Positions 1 to 10,388 of a stretch of 64,000 bases of DNA are shown in pieces. Source of the stretch: Spirochaetia bacterium (GTDB lineage: Bacteria > Spirochaetota > Spirochaetia > SZUA-6 > Bin103). The notes beneath the pieces are model-generated. The model made no database searches and was not told where the DNA came from. It saw only the letters and a program-made list of their open reading frames with translations. Both the position numbers and the translations under genes were made by a program. Where the stretch lies: assembly GCA_965198005.1 (NCBI GenBank), contig CBDAOI010000002.1, forward strand, positions 160,001-224,000, read 5' to 3'. The first letter of the stretch is position 1; every line of letters begins with the position of its first letter.

Positions 1-102
1 TGGACGCCCTGATCGCGATCCCGTAGGTTGAGCGCGCATTCCGCTGGCGCCGGGCCAGCGAGCCCTTTACCACTCGCAGCCCAGCCGGTAACGTCCAGAA
101 AT

Positions 103-262
103 ATGCAGATTGGCTTCAACATGTTGCTCTGGACACCTTTCGTGCCGAAGAGCACTTCCCCCTGTTCGCCCCGCTCAAGGAGACCGGCTACGACGGCGTG
201 GAGCTGGAGATCTTCGAGGGCACGCCCGACCACTACGCGCGGGTGGCGCGGGAACTGGACGC
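103..262 (+). pseudogene. N-terminal fragment of sugar phosphate isomerase/epimerase (tagatose/psicose 3-epimerase-like), frameshifted
   Basis: MQIGFNMLLWTPFV, then in a shifted frame EEHFPLFAPLKETGYDGVELEIFEG; GYDGVE is typical of this TIM-barrel family. Confidence 0.55.
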
Positions 263-351
263 CGATGCCCATAGCGAGGCCGCCGAGTACGCCGCCCAGG
301 CCGGCGTTCCGCTCGCCGTGGAAGCGCTCAAATGCGGACGCTCGACCAGGT

Positions 352-597
352 AGAGCACTCATCCCGGTGGTGACCCTGATCGGCCTGCAGTTGCCGATTC
401 TGGTCGGGGGCGCCGTGATCATGGAGAACATCTTCAACCTGCCGGGGCTCGGCCGCCTGTTGCTGACTGCCCTCAATGACCGAGACTACCCGATGGTCTC
501 CGGCATCAACCTGTTCTTCGCCACCGGCGTGGTGGTGATCAATCTGATGATCGACTTGGTCTATGGTGTCCTGGACCCCCGGGTGCGCTATGAGTGA
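352..597 (+). pseudogene. C-terminal fragment of DppB/OppB-type ABC permease
   Basis: ALIPVVTLIGLQLPILVGGAVIMENIFNLPGLG...DPRVRYE; close paralogue of the C-terminus of 8515..9471; no N-terminus. Confidence 0.8.
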
Positions 598-689
598 GCG
601 ACCGCTGTTGTTCCCGCCGCTGGCCACCTTGCTTCTGCGTGCCTGGCGCGGACTTGGTGCAGTGCCGGCGACGCGGGTAAGATGGGGCG

Positions 690-1430
690 ATGACCCGGCG
701 CCGACTGCCCATCGGCATCCAGACCTTCCGCACCCTGCGCGAGCGGGACTGCTACTACGTGGACAAGACCGCCTTCGTCCAGCGGTTGCTCGATGAAGGC
801 ACGCACTACTTTCTGTCGCGCCCGCGGCGGTTCGGCAAGAGTCTTTTTCTGGACACGCTGAAGGAGCTGTTCGAAGGGCTGCACATCCACGCGGGCCACG
901 ACTGGTCACAGCGGCATCCGGTGGTGCGGCTGAGCTTCGGCGGCGGTAACTTCCGGGAGTCGGACCTGCTGGACGCGAACGTCATGGAGCAACTCGCCGC
1001 CGCCGAACGGCGCCTGGGGGTAGTATCCGAGTTTCTGACGGCGGCAGGCCGCTTCGCGTATCTGCTGGAAGCCCTGCACCGTCAGACGGGACAACGGGTG
1101 GTGGTGCTGGTGGACGAGTACGACAAGCCGATCCTGGACGCGCTGGAGGAGCCGGAGGTGGCGCGCGCCAACCGCGACTATCTGCGCGGGCTGTACGGGG
1201 TGATCAAGGACAGCGACGCGCACGTGCGGTTCACGTTTCTGACCGGCATCACCAAGTTCTCGAAGGTGAACCTGTTCTCGCAGTTGAACAACCTCACCGA
1301 CCTCACCCTCGATCCGGTCTACTCGTCGATCTGCGGCTACACGGAGGGCGACCTGGACGCGGTGTTCGCCCCGGAGCTGGTCGGGCTTGATCGGGAGCAG
1401 GTGCGGGAGTGGTACAACGGCTGTCGATGA
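690..1430 (+). pseudogene. AAA-ATPase-like protein (family usually fused to a C-terminal PD-(D/E)XK nuclease), 3' truncated
   Basis: LPIGIQTF...YYVDKT...LSRPRRFGKS (Walker A), VVLVDEYDKP (Walker B); stops right after WYNG, just before an IS end. Confidence 0.85.
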
Positions 1431-1608
1431 ATGTATCAAAGTTGGTCGCATCAAAGATCAGTAGCCGCAGAGACCCCCCAGCAATTCTCGGTGAACAAAA
1501 ATTGAGAGGGTCGGCGTAGGGGGCAATGGCGGGCGGGACGGCACGTAAGTGGTCGTATAGGTCATGAGTATGTAATAAGTTGCCTAGCGGCTGGAGTAAA
1601 TATTCGGT

Positions 1609-2490
1609 CTACTGGTTGGGGTGAGGATCGAGCGGGGCGCAGAGGCGGCGGCGGAAATCGCGGCGGAGCGGATAGAGCCAGATGTCCTTCTTGGGCAGAG
1701 CGTGTTGGTTGTGGACATCGAGTTTGCCGCGGCCTTGGGTTTGCCCGACGTGGATCCAATTGGCGGCACGGTAGCTGGTGCCGACGAACCGATCGGATTG
1801 GACGAAGGTCTCCAGCAGCAGGGGGCGGTAGCCGTAGCGGCTGTGCCAGTCCTCCGGCAACCGGCGGCAGCTGCGCGCGAGCACCCAGGAGGCGAGGTTC
1901 TTGACCTGCACCCACGGCAGGATCAGGAAGCGGGCGTTGTTGACCACGAGGGGCAAGCGGGCCTCGCGTTGGGCCGCACTCCAGCCGATGAACCGGTCGC
2001 GCGGCGCCACCTTCCAGGCGCAGGCGGCAAACCCCAGCACGGCGAGCACCTGCGGCCCGCTGAGCACCAGATAGCGCAGTTGTGCTCCCGCCAGCGGGGT
2101 GTAGCCGAGGTAATGGTAGCGGTCCACGTACTCACGCCAGAGCGCCGCTTCGGCGCCCTTGGCGACCGGGCGCAGGTGCAGTTCGGACAGCCCCTGGAGG
2201 CTGCCGGTGATCGGTGATTGGGGCTCTGCCTGCGGCGTGCGGCGGCGCCGCAGGCGGCCGTTGTAGCAGGCCTGCTGTGGTGGGGGTAGTTGGATCAGGC
2301 CGGCACGGTGCATGCGCAGCAGGGCGACCCGGCAACTCATATCCTTCAGTCCCCCGTTGGGGCGCCGCCAGTCGAGCCGTTCGCAGACCAGCCGCGACAG
2401 GGCCAGCCGATGGTGGCCCGGATGCTCGGCCATGAGGCTGCGGATCAACTCCAGCTCCTGCACGCTGAAGGTGCGCCCGCAGTAGCGCAC
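1609..2490 (-). CDS. DUF4338 (Druantia DruA-like) domain protein
   Basis: RYHYLGY...GAQLRY...RDRFIGW...VVNNARFLILPWV.VKNLAS...YGYRPLLLETFV...GTSYRAANW..VGQTQGRGK motifs. Confidence 0.9.
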   Translation of the reverse strand: MRYCGRTFSVQELELIRSLMAEHPGHHRLALSRLVCERLDWRRPNGGLKDMSCRVALLRMHRAGLIQLPPPQQACYNGRLRRRRTPQAEPQSPITGSLQGLSELHLRPVAKGAEAALWREYVDRYHYLGYTPLAGAQLRYLVLSGPQVLAVLGFAACAWKVAPRDRFIGWSAAQREARLPLVVNNARFLILPWVQVKNLASWVLARSCRRLPEDWHSRYGYRPLLLETFVQSDRFVGTSYRAANWIHVGQTQGRGKLDVHNQHALPKKDIWLYPLRRDFRRRLCAPLDPHPNQ

Positions 2491-2495
2491 CAGCG

Positions 2496-4146
2496 TCAGG
2501 CGGCGCGCTGCGGGGCAGCCCCTGGCGGGGCTGGCGAGGCGCGCGGCGCTTGCCCGTCGCGGCGGTTCCAGGGCAGGAAGCGCTCAAAGTCCTCCGGCAC
2601 CCGACTGCCGGCGGCGGCGCATGCATTCAGGTACTCGGTCAGCCAAATGCGCGGGTTGATCTGCCACAACTCGAGCGTGTGGAACAGGCTGAACAGCGTG
2701 GCGGTCAACTCACCGCTCCAGGTCGCCCCCGAGCCGTAGTAGTTCTTGCGCCCCACCACCGGCCCACGCAACGCGCGTTCGGCCTGATTGTTGTCCATCG
2801 GGATAGCGGGCTGGTCGACGAACCGGATCAGCCCTGACCAGTGGTTGCGCAGACTGGTAAGCACTTTCTTGCGTGCCTGCGGCAGCTTCGGCTGTGCCAG
2901 TTCGCGCTCCAACCGCTGCGCCATCGCTGTTACCGCCGCGCGCAGCGCCGCGTCGGCCGCAGCCCACTGTACGGGGTCGTTGCACACCGGCAGGCGTACA
3001 GCATTCAAGTGATACAGCTCGCCGATCAGCTCCAGCCACTGCTCGCCCCATTCCCGGTGCTCGTCCCATTTCTCGGCCACGCGGATAAAATCGCGTCGAA
3101 CATGCGCCCAGCAGTACTGCAATTCCAGCGGGGTGTCCTTGGCCAACCGTTTGTAGGAGGAATACCGGTCGACACTCACGATGCCTCCCGCCACCCCCGC
3201 AAAATGCTCCTTCGGCACCCGCGCCGAGCGCGTCCGATCAAGGGTGAACACTACCGCCTCACGACACCAGAACACCCACAGACACCAGCGCTGGCCAGGC
3301 CTCCTGGTCAGTCGCTTCAAACACGTACCAGCCGGTCTCGTCGGCGTGCCAGTGGTCATCCAGGCGGTTGCGCCCGATCAGCGCCTCCCGTAGCGGCGCA
3401 AACAGCGGCGCCAAGCGCTTCAGGCCGTCGGTGATGGTGCCCTGCGCCAGCTCCAGGCCATGCGTGCTCAGGTCTTCCAGCAGCCGATAGGTCGGTCGGT
3501 GAAAGCGATACTTGTCGAGCAGCACCTGCACCCAGATCGAGACTCCCAGAATCCCCTTCGGAATCAGCCGTGACGGCGCCGGCGCGGTGAGCACGCGCGG
3601 CACGCCGGCGCAGCCGCAACTGCAGTGGTACCGCTGGCGCTTGATCACCCGCCGGTGGGCGCGCACTTCAATCTCCAGCACCTCGGAGTCCTCGCTGCCG
3701 GCCGCGCCGTACTCCCCGCCACACTTGGGACAGCAGCGCGCGTTCGGCTCCAGCTTGTGGTGTTCCTCCTGCGCCGGCAGCGCTGAGTGGTCGCGCCGGC
3801 CATGCCCACTCGACCCGGGTTGCTGGCCCCGCGGGCGCGGCGCTGCCGCCGCCTCGCTGCCGCTGCCGCTGCCGCTCTTGGCGCGCTTCTCGCTCTTGTT
3901 GTTGCGCCGCGCACGCCGTTCCCGCAGCTGCTGCCGCAACTCCCGGGCCTTCGTCCGCACCCCGCTCAACGTCTCTTTCAGCCGCCGCTCGCGCGCCACC
4001 GCTTTGCGGTGCAGCGCCCGGTAGTACCCCGCCTGCTGCTTGAGCTCCAGGTTCTCCCGCCGCAGTTTCGCTAACACGCGGGCACATCCCCCCGCGCAAC
4101 GCTCCCCGCGCCGTTCCCCATCAGTGTGCCGAGCAGTTCCCCTCAT
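2496..4146 (-). pseudogene. IS66 transposase split by a frameshift near 3305
   Basis: Coiled coil, CPKCG zinc finger and HADET in one frame; SVDRYSSY, CWAHVRRDF, DNNQAERALR in the other. Confidence 0.9.
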
Positions 4147-4310
4147 CCAGCTCTCGCCTACAAGAATTTAACACCCGAATTCGGGAGTGTCCAGTCGAAA
4201 CTTCGAAACTTGAGTGTCAGTGGTTACCGTTCAGCGCGCTCACTCACTACCCTCGGGGATACCAGTGAACCGAATGTTTACCCGGCTGGACACTCGACCC
4301 CAGGGTTGTC

Positions 4311-5670
4311 ATGCTCTCTCCTATGGCAAGAGGTCGCCGCAGAGGTCCATTATTACTTCGTTTTCGTGCGCTCCTGGTCTCCTTGAACCTGCACGCCGCC
4401 AAGGTCGTCGATACCCGCCAAGCCAGCAAGGTCCGGTACTCCCTGCAGGATTGCTACGTGTGTGGTTTCGCCTTGTTTGTCCTCCAAGACCCTTCCGTGC
4501 TGGAGTTCCAACGCCGCTTCCAGGACCAACTCCGCACCAACAACCTCAACTCTACGTTTGGCGTCGCTCAGATCCCTGCCGACTCCCAGTTCCGCGATCT
4601 GCTCGACAGCCATGACTATGAACCGCTGCTCGGCTGCTTCGGCGACTGGATAGGGCGCATGCAGTACACCAAATGGCTGCAGCACTACCAGTTCCTCGAC
4701 GGTCGCTATCTCATCACCATGGACGGCTCCCAGTACTTCAGCTCGTACCAGGTGAACTGTGAGTGCTGTCTGACCGCCACCAACAACGGCACCGTACGCT
4801 ACCACCACGACATCCTGCAGACCGCCATCGTCCACCCCGACAAGCGGCAGGTGCTGCCGTTGGCTCCCGTGTTCATTCACAACGCCGATGACTCTGGCGC
4901 CAAGAGCGCCAAACGCCGCAAGCAGGACTGTGAAATAAAAGCCGGCTACCGTGCCGTGCAGCGCATCCGTAACGACCATCCCCGGCTGGCTGCGGTGATC
5001 GTCGCCGATAGTCTGTACTCCAAGCAACCGTTCATCGAACAGGTGCGCGCCGCACGCTGCTCGTTTCTGCTGGTGGCCAAGCCGGAGGATCACACCAGCC
5101 TGTACCAGGATATCGACGGGCTGCGCCGCGGTCGGCTGCTGGACCACCGCTGCACCATCGACGCGACCGGGGACCGGCATGAATACGAGTGGGTTACCGG
5201 GGTACCGCTGAACGGCAAGCCCCGCAGTCCCCAGATCAACTTCGTGCACTACCGCATCGTACGTGCCGGCACGCCCACCTATCAAAACGCCTGGGTGACC
5301 GACTTGGTGCCGACCGCTGGCAGCGTCGCGCGGATCGTGCGTGCGGGACGGGCACGCTGGAAGATCGAGAACGAGGGGTTCAATACGCTGAAGCGCTGAA
5401 GCGCTGAAGAACCAGGGCTATCACCTGGAGCACAACTTCGGCCATGGTGACAAGTACCTGTCGGAGGCGTTCTTCGTGCTCCTGCTGGCCTATTTCATGC
5501 ACCAGATATTCGAGCTGGTGGACGGTCTGTATCAGCAGGTGCGGGCTGGGTTCGGGTCGCGCCGGGAGTTCTGGGGCGCGATCCGTGCCACGTTTCGGCT
5601 ATTCCTGTTCCCGTCGTGGGACCAGGTGCTGGTGCGGATGAACTCGCCGCCGCAGCCGCTGTCCGGGTAG
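4311..5670 (+). pseudogene. ISNCY/IS4-like DDE transposase interrupted by an 8-bp triplication
   Basis: ITMDGSQYFSS, KQDCE, VADSLYS, GRARWKIENEGFNTLK; KNQGYHLEHNFGHG resumes in another frame after (CGCTGAAG)x3. Confidence 0.85.
5386..5409 (+). repeat. (CGCTGAAG)x3 tandem repeat
   Basis: Direct reading of the sequence. Confidence 0.95.
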
Positions 5671-6163
5671 CCGCTCCCTGGAGAACTGAACCTGCTCCCT
5701 GAACGATCCCTGACGAGGGCCGCGGCGCAGGTGTGCCGGCCGCGGCTGAGCACCGCCCCCGAAGGCCGATCGCCGCACCGCGCCAGCCCGCGGCATCGGC
5801 CGACCGGCGGTGGCTGACGGTGGTCAGGTCATCGCACCGGGCTGCTTGACGGTGGCTAACTACTTCACCTGCAATCAGTTATAGAAGTTCGGCCGGGTCG
5901 GGCCGGGTCGGGCCGTCCGGTGCTTGCCTTTCACGGGAGGAATGGGTATTATTGGGTCGTGCATTCACGCGGTGGGCCAACAGGTGGGGCATGGTCGCAT
6001 TTCACATACGGAGGGCTTGAGCTTATGACACTCTGCCCCTCTACCAGCCGTTCACCGAGAATTGCTGCGCGAGTCACGTCATCGCTTGCACTAGCCCGCG
6101 ATCGGGGATACGATGGTCAGCGAATGGGAGCTGACACCGTCCAGCCCAGCCGCCGCCTAGCGC

Positions 6164-6190
6164 ACCCGACTACCCGACTACCCGACTACC
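6164..6190 (+). repeat. (ACCCGACT)x3 tandem repeat
   Basis: Direct reading of the sequence. Confidence 0.9.
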
Positions 6191-6602
6191 GCGCGCCGCT
6201 AGCCGCTCAGCCGACCACGCAACGGAGGGCCGGTCGGCGCCGGTGCTGAGCGCGGCACCATCGATCCGCGTGGCACCCAGCCGCCACGCGTCCGTGCGTC
6301 GAACGGCCGACCAGGTCGGCCGCAGATTCCACCAGTCCATCCCAACATGCGTAGCGACGCTGCCGGCGGTAAGAAACAGATGGGTTACGTGTCCGACCGC
6401 CACCCCGCGTGGTGTTCTGCGGCATGCCCATGTCAAAGGAGGCAAGGGATGAAATCTCCGTACGACTAACGCGGCTCGGGACCGAGCGGCGTCGGCCGCT
6501 AAAGGGTGTCGCCCTCGCTTTCTGATCACCTGCGGATTGCAGGCATATCGCGAGAGTAGGCGAGGGGCCGGCAGTAGATCCTACTCTCGCGCAAAGGAAT
6601 TT

Positions 6603-8423
6603 ATGGTTTATATTAAATTTCGCAAGTGCCTCGCCGTACTGATTGGCCTGGCCCTGACCGCAACCGGCCTCTGGGCCGGCGCTGCCAGCGAAGAGGAGCC
6701 GGCAGCGGCGGCCGAAAAGGAAATGGTGCGCGACCCGGCCACCGGCAAGATCGTGACCGCGCCAGAGTATGGCGGGACAATAACCTATGGCCGGAGCGGG
6801 AAGACAGGTGAGCATTCTGATGCCTGGTTCATTGGTGGCTGGGCGACCCACTACATCTCTTTGGTTAATGAGAAGCTAGGCATCGGGAACTGGGCAATAG
6901 ATAGGAATGAATTTGACTGGAGGAGCTTATTCATGCCTGAATTTGCCGTAACAGGGTTGCTGGCGGAAAGCTGGGAACAGCCCGACCCACTGACTTATAT
7001 CTTCCACATCCGCCAGGGCGTTAACTTCCACGATAAGCCACCGGTGAACGGACGGGAACTGACTGCCAAAGATATCGAGTATAACTTTCATCGTATATTG
7101 GGGCTGGGCAGCGGCTTCAGCGAAGCCAGCCCTGCGTTGGGTACGCTCGCGTGGGTGAAATTCGAGTCGGTCACGGCCACCGACACATGGACGGTGGTTA
7201 TCAAGCTGAAGGAGCTAAACCTTAATGCCCTGATAAATATGCTCCAGTGGGCCGACGGTATTGTGATATACCCTCCGGAGGTCATCGAGCAACACGGCGA
7301 CGTTAAGGATTGGCGGAACGTAGTCGGCACCGGGCCCTTTGAGCTGACGGACTTGGTCGAAGGCAGCTCTATAACGTGGACCAAGAATCCTGACTACTGG
7401 CGCTACGACGAAAAATACCCGCAGAACCGCTTGCCCTATGTTGACGAGATAATAGCCTTGTTGATGCGAGAAGAGGCAACACGTCTGGCGGCACTGCGCG
7501 CGGGTAGGATTGATATGCTGGGGTCGGTCGGTGACAGTGCATTGACGTCTATCGACCAGGTAGAGAGCCTCGAGCAGACCAACCCCGAAATCGATCTGTG
7601 GCCGTTTAAGTTTCGGGGCGGCAACAGCTTTATTTTCGTCAATGTGAACGCACCGCCCTGGAATGACATCCGGGTGCGCCAGGCCATGCAGATGGCACTG
7701 GACCTAGAGACAATTAACAATACCTTCTTTAAGGGTTATGGCGATGCGACTCCGAATGGACGTATAGCCAATAATGTAAAAGGGATGGGCACGCCATTTG
7801 AGGAGTGGCCTGAAGAGCTCAAGAAGGTCTATGACTATGACCCGGAAGGGGCAGAAGCTTTGCTCGATGCGGCTGGGTATCCTCGCGGCGCCGACGGCAT
7901 TAGAATCAAGACCTCGATTGCCCAAGGTGACTGGGAAGATCCGAGCTACGCAGAAATAGTCGCGGAATACTGGCGTGATATTGGCGTGGAGATCGCGATA
8001 GATGCAATGGATATTACGAGACTGCACGGAGCGGCCGGACCAGATCAGACTACCTACAGATTGAGAGGATACGCAATGGCCATCAGGTACTATCCTGTCC
8101 CAATGTTGGGAGAATGGACAACGGAAATAGAAAGCCCGTGGGCCCCCTCCGGCTTTAGCGTCCCCGAATTTGACGCTCTATTTCAGGCCGCCTCTGCTGC
8201 TTCCACCTTCGAGGAGCAGAATAGATCCGCCAAAGAGGCAAATATGTTGCTCCTAGAACATCAAACTGTGGTATGGGGTCCCGAAGTCCCACATTTCACC
8301 GCAACGCAGCCGTGGGTCAAAGGTTATAACGGCGAAATAAGAATAGGACACGGCCAGCAGAGCCAAAACGTCTTAACCCGCCTCTGGATTGATAGTGAGA
8401 TGAAGGAAGCAATGGGTCATTAG
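6603..8423 (+). CDS. ABC transporter substrate-binding protein, family 5 (peptide/nickel type)
   Basis: Signal peptide, PEYGGT, GLLAESWE..D..TYIFHIRQGV.FH, VGTGPF, NPDYW, DIRVRQA; ATG 6603 preceded by AAAGGA. Confidence 0.92.
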   Translation: MVYIKFRKCLAVLIGLALTATGLWAGAASEEEPAAAAEKEMVRDPATGKIVTAPEYGGTITYGRSGKTGEHSDAWFIGGWATHYISLVNEKLGIGNWAIDRNEFDWRSLFMPEFAVTGLLAESWEQPDPLTYIFHIRQGVNFHDKPPVNGRELTAKDIEYNFHRILGLGSGFSEASPALGTLAWVKFESVTATDTWTVVIKLKELNLNALINMLQWADGIVIYPPEVIEQHGDVKDWRNVVGTGPFELTDLVEGSSITWTKNPDYWRYDEKYPQNRLPYVDEIIALLMREEATRLAALRAGRIDMLGSVGDSALTSIDQVESLEQTNPEIDLWPFKFRGGNSFIFVNVNAPPWNDIRVRQAMQMALDLETINNTFFKGYGDATPNGRIANNVKGMGTPFEEWPEELKKVYDYDPEGAEALLDAAGYPRGADGIRIKTSIAQGDWEDPSYAEIVAEYWRDIGVEIAIDAMDITRLHGAAGPDQTTYRLRGYAMAIRYYPVPMLGEWTTEIESPWAPSGFSVPEFDALFQAASAASTFEEQNRSAKEANMLLLEHQTVVWGPEVPHFTATQPWVKGYNGEIRIGHGQQSQNVLTRLWIDSEMKEAMGH

Positions 8424-8449
8424 GGCTCCGCCCTTGTGGCCGACCTCAG

Positions 8450-8483
8450 GGAGAGCTGGGAAGCTGAAACATCCCAGCTCTCC
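8450..8483 (+). terminator. Intergenic 12-bp stem hairpin (mRNA stabiliser or attenuator) between SBP and permease
   Basis: GGAGAGCTGGGA / TCCCAGCTCTCC perfect inverted repeat; weak U-tract. Confidence 0.55.
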
Positions 8484-8514
8484 ATTCCTTGGATAATGAC
8501 AGGACGTCTGTGAT

Positions 8515-9471
8515 ATGAGAGCCTATATCATCAGGCGGTTATTGCTGATAATCCCCACCCTGTTTCTATTGACCATCCTGGTCTTTCTCTCGGTGCGCTT
8601 CATCCCCGGCGATATAATAGACTCGATGGTGGATGAAATGCAATGGGTGTTTGGCAATTTTGACCGTGAAGATCTTGAGCGTATGCTGGGATTAGACGTG
8701 CCTGTCCACGTGCAGTATGGCCGCTGGATGGGAGGTATCTTACTGCACGGGACCCTTGGCGACACACTGCTTGGCGGTTGGACGGTAGAGGAGAAGATAT
8801 TAGGTAGATTGCCAGTCACCCTTGAGCTTGGTGTCATGTCCATCGTCATCGGGCTGGTGATAGCGCTCCCTGTCGGGATCTACTCGGCGATTCGCCACGA
8901 TACGGCCGCCGACTACGTGGGGCGCTCCATCGCCATCATCGGCCTGGCAACGCCTAACTTCTGGCTGGGAATCATGGTCATGCTCTACCCCTCAATCTGG
9001 TGGAACTGGTCGCCACCGATGAAGCTGATTCCCTTCACCGAAGACCCGCTGGGGAATCTGGGGATGTTCCTCATTCCCAGCCTGATTCTGGGAACGGCCA
9101 TGTCTGCTGCCACCATGCGGATGACGCGCACCATGATGCTGGAGGTGCTCAGGCAGGACTATATCAGGACGGCCTGGTCCAAGGGTCTCGATGAAAGGTT
9201 CGTGGTTCTGAGACACGCCCTCAAGAATGCCTTCATCCCGGTAGTTACCCTGATAGGCCTGCAGTTTCCCATCCTGGTCGGCGGCTCCGTCATCATAGAG
9301 AACATATTCAACCTGCCGGGGTTAGGTGGCCTCTTTCTGGATGCACTCCGAACCAGAGACTACCCGGTGGTCTCCGGAGTGAACCTGTTTTTCTCCGCCG
9401 TAGTCATGCTCAACATTCTACTTATCGACCTGATCTATCCTTATTTGGACCCCAGGGTCCGGTATCGATGA
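8515..9471 (+). CDS. ABC transporter permease (DppB/OppB type)
   Basis: YIIRRLL, PGD, QYGRW, MLEVLRQDYIRTAWSKGL, HALKNAFIPVVT, DPRVRY. Confidence 0.93.
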   Translation: MRAYIIRRLLLIIPTLFLLTILVFLSVRFIPGDIIDSMVDEMQWVFGNFDREDLERMLGLDVPVHVQYGRWMGGILLHGTLGDTLLGGWTVEEKILGRLPVTLELGVMSIVIGLVIALPVGIYSAIRHDTAADYVGRSIAIIGLATPNFWLGIMVMLYPSIWWNWSPPMKLIPFTEDPLGNLGMFLIPSLILGTAMSAATMRMTRTMMLEVLRQDYIRTAWSKGLDERFVVLRHALKNAFIPVVTLIGLQFPILVGGSVIIENIFNLPGLGGLFLDALRTRDYPVVSGVNLFFSAVVMLNILLIDLIYPYLDPRVRYR

Positions 9472-10388
9472 GGCCACCCTCCCCGGTCCGTGACTCCACG
9501 CGACATACCGGGCTGGCTGATTTCTTTATCAGGCTGGTCAAGGAGAAGCCGCTGGGTACTGTCAGCGGCATTATCATTTTGATATTGATTCTCGTCGCTA
9601 TCTTTGCCGATGTTCTGGCTCCTTATCCATATTTTCAAATTCACCTGGCAGACAGGCTTCAGGGCTCATCAGCCCAGTATCTGCTCGGTACCGACCAGTT
9701 GGGGCGAGACCTCTTGAGCCGCCTTATCTACGGGGCCCGTCTTTCGTTAGGTGTCGGATTGGCCGCCACCACTCTCAACGTTGTGGTGGCTGTCATGATA
9801 GGCGGCCCTTCAGGATTCTTTGGCGGTAAACTGGACCTGAGTGTGCAGAGATTCGTCGATGCCTGGATTACTTTCCCAGGGCTGCTCCTGTTGTTAACCG
9901 TAATGTCCGTAGTGGGGCGAGGGTTGATACAGATAATACTGGTCCTGGGGATATCAGGAGGTATCGGCGCCTCGAGAGTAGTCAGAGGCGCGGTTATCGG
10001 CATAAAGGAGAGTGATTACTTTCTGGCGGCGCCGGCCATTGGCGCCTCGAGATGGAGAACATTTATCCGGCATGTCCTGCCCAATATTGCGGCTCCGGTC
10101 ATCATCATATTCAGCATCAACATCGGAGGGGTGATTATTGCTGAGGCCTCTCTGAGCTTCCTGGGATTCGGTCTGCCAGTCAACATTCCTAGCTGGGGAG
10201 GTCTGCTCAGCCGGGAAGGGCGCAGATACATGGAGCAAGCGCCACACCTCGCTCTCCTTCCCGGTCTTGTCCTGACTATTACCGTTTACAGTCTCAACAT
10301 GTTCGGCGACGCGGTGCGCGACCTGCTCGACCCGCGGCTCAGGGGTGGTGGGGGGCGTCTGGGTGCCGACGGCGCCACGTCCGTTTAA
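9468..10388 (+). CDS. ABC transporter permease (DppC/OppC type)
   Basis: LGTDQLGRDLLSRLIYGARLSL, RHVLPN, EASLSFLGFG, GDAVRDLLDPR; ATGA overlap with upstream gene. Confidence 0.93.
   Translation: MRPPSPVRDSTRHTGLADFFIRLVKEKPLGTVSGIIILILILVAIFADVLAPYPYFQIHLADRLQGSSAQYLLGTDQLGRDLLSRLIYGARLSLGVGLAATTLNVVVAVMIGGPSGFFGGKLDLSVQRFVDAWITFPGLLLLLTVMSVVGRGLIQIILVLGISGGIGASRVVRGAVIGIKESDYFLAAPAIGASRWRTFIRHVLPNIAAPVIIIFSINIGGVIIAEASLSFLGFGLPVNIPSWGGLLSREGRRYMEQAPHLALLPGLVLTITVYSLNMFGDAVRDLLDPRLRGGGGRLGADGATSV

Larger units (their letters stand above)
1596..4281 (-). mobile_element. IS66-family element (single transposase, no tnpA/tnpB accessory genes) with DUF4338 passenger
   Basis: Ends GTAAATATTCGGT (1596) and ACCGAATGTTTAC (ending 4281), 12/13 inverted match; CGGCTGGA at 1588-1595 and 4283-4290 (8-bp TSD, one extra C). 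Confidence 0.85.
1479..6067 (+). mobile_element. ISNCY/IS4-like insertion sequence containing a nested IS66
   Basis: Perfect 18-bp terminal inverted repeat CAGCAATTCTCGGTGAAC (1479-1496) / GTTCACCGAGAATTGCTG (6050-6067) around a DDE transposase; no TSD seen. Confidence 0.85.

Noticed and set aside
1421-1478. End of a further IS truncating the AAA gene
   Set aside because: No partner inverted repeat found in the window
1609-2490. Complete Druantia system
   Set aside because: Only a DUF4338 gene inside an IS66; no DruE helicase or other dru genes
4224-4227. TTAC as the IS66 end
   Set aside because: Poor IR match and no TSD; the end at 4281 gives both
6070-6590. Riboswitch or ncRNA upstream of the ABC cassette
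   Set aside because: No recognisable aptamer motif by eye; an Rfam search would be needed
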